Source of the DNA: a virus
Taxonomy: Duplodnaviria > Caudoviricetes
Virus record (IMG/VR): IMGVR_UViG_3300033067_000424
Span: 1-27,686 of that record
Strand: one strand, 5' to 3'
Length of the DNA: 27,686 nt
Shown here: positions 25,001 through 27,686 of the stretch, piece after piece
How the letters are laid out: each line of letters begins with the position of its first letter
How positions within the stretch are numbered: position 1 is the stretch's first letter
Translations under genes and position numbers: made by a program
Notes under the pieces: model-generated
Told to the model about the DNA's origin: nothing
What the model saw: the letters and a program-made list of their open reading frames with translations, nothing else
Database searches by the model: none

Positions 25001-25696
25001 AGGCCCAATGATCAAATTACTTGTAAGGTTAATGACATAGCCGCCGCTGGCATGCGTATTTGCCAAGGTTGCAGTAAACGCAAGAGAAGTTGAGCCATTA
25101 ATGTATGACCCCGAAAGAGTCATCAAATCAAAAGCGGTTTGGGTTGTGGACGTGCTACCCAAAACAACAATGTCGCCTTGCCTCCATCCCGTTGCATCGG
25201 ATACCGTTGCTGAACTTGCGCCAGAACTTGCTTGAGCGGATAACGTGGTCCACCGTTTGCGGACAGCGCCTTTCCATGACACTGATCCTGTGTTGGTTCT
25301 GGTAAGAACGCACCCGCCTAGACTTGGTGCTGGAGCAGGATCATTTTGGTTTGGCAAAGTTCCAGTTCCACTGCCATTTGCATTGTTTGTAATGATCGTA
25401 CAAACTTTTGTGGCATCACTGGAAACGTCCAGCGTGCAAGTGCCATCAATAATGAGGTCATTTTCAAGCGTAAGCGTATTGCTGGCTGCTGTTGATGCAA
25501 CCAAAGTGCCGCCGCTATTGATAGTGCAGGATTTTGCTACACATGCGGTTGAGTCAAGCGTTACTGAATGTGGCGATTGAATAACAACATCATGCGTATT
25601 TAAAGGAACAGTGTCTGTGCCGCTGCCGTTAGCAAGCGTGTTGAATGTGCCAAGCGTAGTCCAGTTTCCAGTAGCCTTGGAATACAGATTAGCCAT
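22043..25696 (-). CDS. Large Thr/Ser/Gly-rich beta-strand virion protein (G8-like N-terminus, beta-helix-like region)
   Basis: 1217-aa open frame; TAATG overlap with the portal stop; DVVIQSPHSVTLD and DATGWRQGDIVVLGST motifs. Confidence 0.75.
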   Translation of the reverse strand: MANLYSKATGNWTTLGTFNTLANGSGTDTVPLNTHDVVIQSPHSVTLDSTACVAKSCTINSGGTLVASTAASNTLTLENDLIIDGTCTLDVSSDATKVCTIITNNANGSGTGTLPNQNDPAPAPSLGGCVLTRTNTGSVSWKGAVRKRWTTLSAQASSGASSATVSDATGWRQGDIVVLGSTSTTQTAFDLMTLSGSYINGSTSLAFTATLANTHASGGYVINLTSNLIIGPSASGRSGNVAFYNPTTTTTAVSKTLSHVQFNYLKTSSLSVNTSANVPFFISQNDTTDTGWQSFDSCAFNDFTSTGTIGMYLFANATNFTRSNNVFHLPSFGGVSALYVSSGVIVGYFLNAGCLMGTDTDMVVTRTTGPVFCPGISSAYTLIRPKVTGSHTGIFTFKNPGIFTIVDPDMQGGTNFCISEFGQLTITSTTSTSSNIGAKAAWTTMFNQVTTGTTLGGTSYNFSLTDANIQSAGTFLSAGSIPMDDSTTLALVNKNADVTLQEIWKPYGNIKRNNAVKTGSTSSIAMNPTTTGKNLTYTVSVPCASGSSIRIIGACKYDALFYNSGTWNAPTVTISGLGISPQTFTAAGTSAKTCTFSNGSQNISLTSHGFSVGQKKSFATTGSLPTNFATLTEYYVVNIVDANTFQVSATYGGTAITAGSAGSGTQSVLSWQSIDLSATNGSGADGNFTVTFTANASSATTGTVYFDGIPTSSPYVTKARHYGYLFDQLTPNVTTNPSYSASEATANAYTGITVTGGASTSSITVTADQTFQKLYDYTQAWSARTENFGYAVPISAPVAGVLVAAGAITINTTKVVNGSGSIAMGSYLLTTELAGGTAYTYTGGTWSQATTVPSFSGGTMAIGAAGTYTFAMSSGKITATPTSASNYVLSNGTFTGSNLFWNTTAYDITVEIPAGATFSSAGSPGAGTVTFVAPVEYQSVTVTGFTPGSRIYLKDVTSGTVLCNSTTSTTNVVISGSSCVWTDPSAASATRQIALRIAYVSGATAKVFIDNTNIGTCAVSGGGKDVSYIASQSADTTYNSNAVDGSTVTGITFTDAATDLVVCNLAGGSTTWPRIYAAFVYWLSTALGIDDDVTYISAPDTANYLLTAMKIRNANATPLTITSGYGRSATTGLVEDIIDVAGSTGNIYPEPNHVVPYQTTGTYAITGDISTVLTSIGEVPDAVLAAAAVTPIAADIQKVLAKNIAPGSTSTASLGYL

Positions 25697-27686
25697 TACC
25701 TAACAATCTCCAGTCCCATTGCCCGCCCTTGAGCATCCCTGCGAATTTGCTTGGGCGCGGCAATCACTTCAAGCAACTTTCCTTGTGTTTCAAGAATGCT
25801 TTGCATGATCTGATTGGCATCAGCGCCATCTTTCTCAACGGGTTGTTCCTTCTCGGATGCTGCCGACATTGCATTGATCTTGGCAATTTCGATCTGTCCT
25901 GCAATTGTCATGGCCGTCTTTTGCAACTCTGTTTCCTGTTGCATCTTTGCTTTCATCTGCTCCGTTTGCCGTTGAGCATTCAGTTTTGCCAATTCAGACT
26001 GACGGTTGGCTTCTACATCAATAGCCTTTGATTCACGATCAAAAGCCATTCTGGCTTGTTCAGACGCCATTTTATTTTGCTCTGCCTGAACTTCACGCTG
26101 ATGCTTGGCAAGTTCAACCTGCTGGATGCGCTGTTCTTCAGCCTTGGCTTTTTCCATCTCAAACTGACGGTCAGCCTGCGCTTGTTGCTGTTCCGCCTGC
26201 ATCTTGGCCTGTTCGGCGGCTTTACCATTATCTTCAGGGGGTGGGGCCTGCATCTTCTTGATGTCGTCCTCAATCTCAGTTCCAAACCTGAACCGGCGAG
26301 AAATTGCCAACATCATATTCTGAGCTACACCAAACGGCAGCATGCCCTTGGATACAAGCGGCCCAACGCCATTGAGGTACTGTCCAAGCGCATTCAACAA
26401 ATCAGAGATATTTTTCTGATCTTCTGCGGCTTCTGGCTCAATGGTGGAATTGGTTTCAATGTCGATGCGATAGGCCCGCTGCATATCATCACGCAGCAGC
26501 GCAAGTACATCAGCCCATCGCAGTATCTTCAACTGCTCCATTACCTGCGCAAGCTGTTGCTGAGTTTGGCTTTGGGGCGCAGGTTGCTGCCCCGGTTGCA
26601 TAGATTGCTGTGCCATCTCCATCTGAACTTGGACTTGCAATGCCTTGGCAACTTGCGTCAGTTCGTTGTACTTTGCATCCAGCAAAAACGGCAATCCGGT
26701 CATTTTCGCCCAAGTTTCTTCGCTGAACTTGGTTGCGGCAACCTCAAGCATCATGCGCAATATGTCACGCGCATACCGTTGTACTTCTTTTTGCAACCGC
26801 TTGAGCCGCATTGTTCCCCATTGCGACTTCAGATTCTGTGCTGTAGCTGTTTCGCTCGCAACGCTTGACCCACGGATGATGTCGCTGATGCCTGTAACTT
26901 CAAAAATCACGCGCTTGCACTGATCCCTAGCTACTATCAACTGATTGAGCGTATTGACCAGTTGCTCAATGGGCCAGAACCAAATAGCGTTTTGCAAGCC
27001 TTTTTCAGCCGCCAAAGAGGATGTCTTGTCTGCCGGGACTAATTCGTTATCATCGGCCTCAACAAGATTTTTGATGTCATCGCCAAGTTCCGAGTCATAG
27101 ACCGCCTTGGCTTTAATTGCTCGCACTACGCGAGTGATGCGCCGCGTAATCTCATTGAGTTCAGCCGCTTGATTCTCATACAGCTTGTATAACGCAACCG
27201 GAAGCAAGTCATTAGATTTCTCAATGAACATCAGCGGCTTGGGGCAGTTGTAAAAGCCCGTCAATTCAAGCGGATCATCATCAACTTTGAGATACCCATC
27301 AGCATACTGGCTGGAGATATAACGAATTTTCTTTCCGCCAGCCTTGTCCCATATCTGGTATATACACGCAGTCTTGCGCATTCCCTCGTTACGGTCATCG
27401 TAACTGGTACGGCTTCGGCCCGTGTCGTCCGAATCCTTTGATTCTTGCTCAGAGTCCGTGTACTTGAGTTTTGCGGCTACTTCAGCGCCAAACAGGCGCT
27501 CCGCTTCTTCTTCATCAATGTATTCTTCATATGCAATCCAAGGCACCTTTGACCACTTCTTTGCATACCCAAAAAACACGCGATTCCATGACCGCGTATC
27601 TACACAAACAAGCTCTGATTTCTTGTACGGCGATCCTTCTGCGGCCTGTTCTTCAACGGGTTCTGCTTCTTCCTCACTGGTCGATG
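25696..27686 (-). CDS. Portal protein (5' end beyond the window)
   Basis: Frame open to the window edge; DDPLELTGFYNCPKP, EVTGISDIIRG...ETATAQ.LK and YRIDIETNST motifs; long C-terminal coiled coil. Confidence 0.9.
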   Translation of the reverse strand, partial: STSEEEAEPVEEQAAEGSPYKKSELVCVDTRSWNRVFFGYAKKWSKVPWIAYEEYIDEEEAERLFGAEVAAKLKYTDSEQESKDSDDTGRSRTSYDDRNEGMRKTACIYQIWDKAGGKKIRYISSQYADGYLKVDDDPLELTGFYNCPKPLMFIEKSNDLLPVALYKLYENQAAELNEITRRITRVVRAIKAKAVYDSELGDDIKNLVEADDNELVPADKTSSLAAEKGLQNAIWFWPIEQLVNTLNQLIVARDQCKRVIFEVTGISDIIRGSSVASETATAQNLKSQWGTMRLKRLQKEVQRYARDILRMMLEVAATKFSEETWAKMTGLPFLLDAKYNELTQVAKALQVQVQMEMAQQSMQPGQQPAPQSQTQQQLAQVMEQLKILRWADVLALLRDDMQRAYRIDIETNSTIEPEAAEDQKNISDLLNALGQYLNGVGPLVSKGMLPFGVAQNMMLAISRRFRFGTEIEDDIKKMQAPPPEDNGKAAEQAKMQAEQQQAQADRQFEMEKAKAEEQRIQQVELAKHQREVQAEQNKMASEQARMAFDRESKAIDVEANRQSELAKLNAQRQTEQMKAKMQQETELQKTAMTIAGQIEIAKINAMSAASEKEQPVEKDGADANQIMQSILETQGKLLEVIAAPKQIRRDAQGRAMGLEIVR

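Larger units (their letters stand above)
1..27686. mobile_element. Tailed phage (Caudoviricetes, podovirus-like) genome segment
   Basis: Contiguous replication, recombination, lysis, ejection, tail and head modules with tight ATGA/TAATG gene coupling. No tape measure or sheath gene and no bacterial housekeeping genes. Confidence 0.96.

Noticed and set aside
26056-26868. 270-aa + strand ORF opposite the portal
   Set aside because: Leu/His/Phe-rich mirror of Gln/Glu/Lys codons, with no SD or recognisable motif; a shadow ORF.
7171-27686. Genome-wide TAG reassignment, since many genes end in TAG
   Set aside because: All long genes are intact under the standard code, and TAG falls at the expected protein ends followed by new SD and start sites.
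1-27686. tRNA genes, CRISPR arrays, att sites, introns or inteins
   Set aside because: Intergenic gaps are all about 100 nt or less, and I saw no cloverleaf, spaced repeat, integrase or splicing motif by eye.

Overview
The whole window is part of a tailed dsDNA phage genome with podovirus-type (P22/BPP-1-like) architecture; no host genes, integrase, CI repressor, tRNA or CRISPR array are visible. From left to right: the tail end of a + strand accessory operon (1-919); a - strand replication operon (4453 to 975) with four small genes including a Cro-like HTH, a VRR-NUC nuclease and a DUF3987/YfjI helicase; overlapping back-to-back sigma70-like promoters (4482-4531); a + strand recombination operon (ERF annealase, long coiled-coil protein, YqaJ/lambda-type exonuclease); and a long - strand late operon. 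The late operon runs portal (cut by the window end), a 1217-aa beta-rich protein, a Zn-ribbon protein, scaffold, major capsid, decoration protein, adaptor, tail stabilisation protein, GNAT, three ejection proteins, tail fibre, two membrane proteins, lysozyme, a Gp49_66-family protein and Rz/Rz1 spanins. The best leads are a probable anti-CBASS nucleotide sponge (Acb4-like) inside the lysis cassette, an apparently inactivated TOPRIM domain fused to the helicase, an AT-rich island inside that gene that may be an origin, and small modules inserted into head-region proteins. All family calls come from motif recognition by eye, not database searches, and I found no clearly new multi-gene system.
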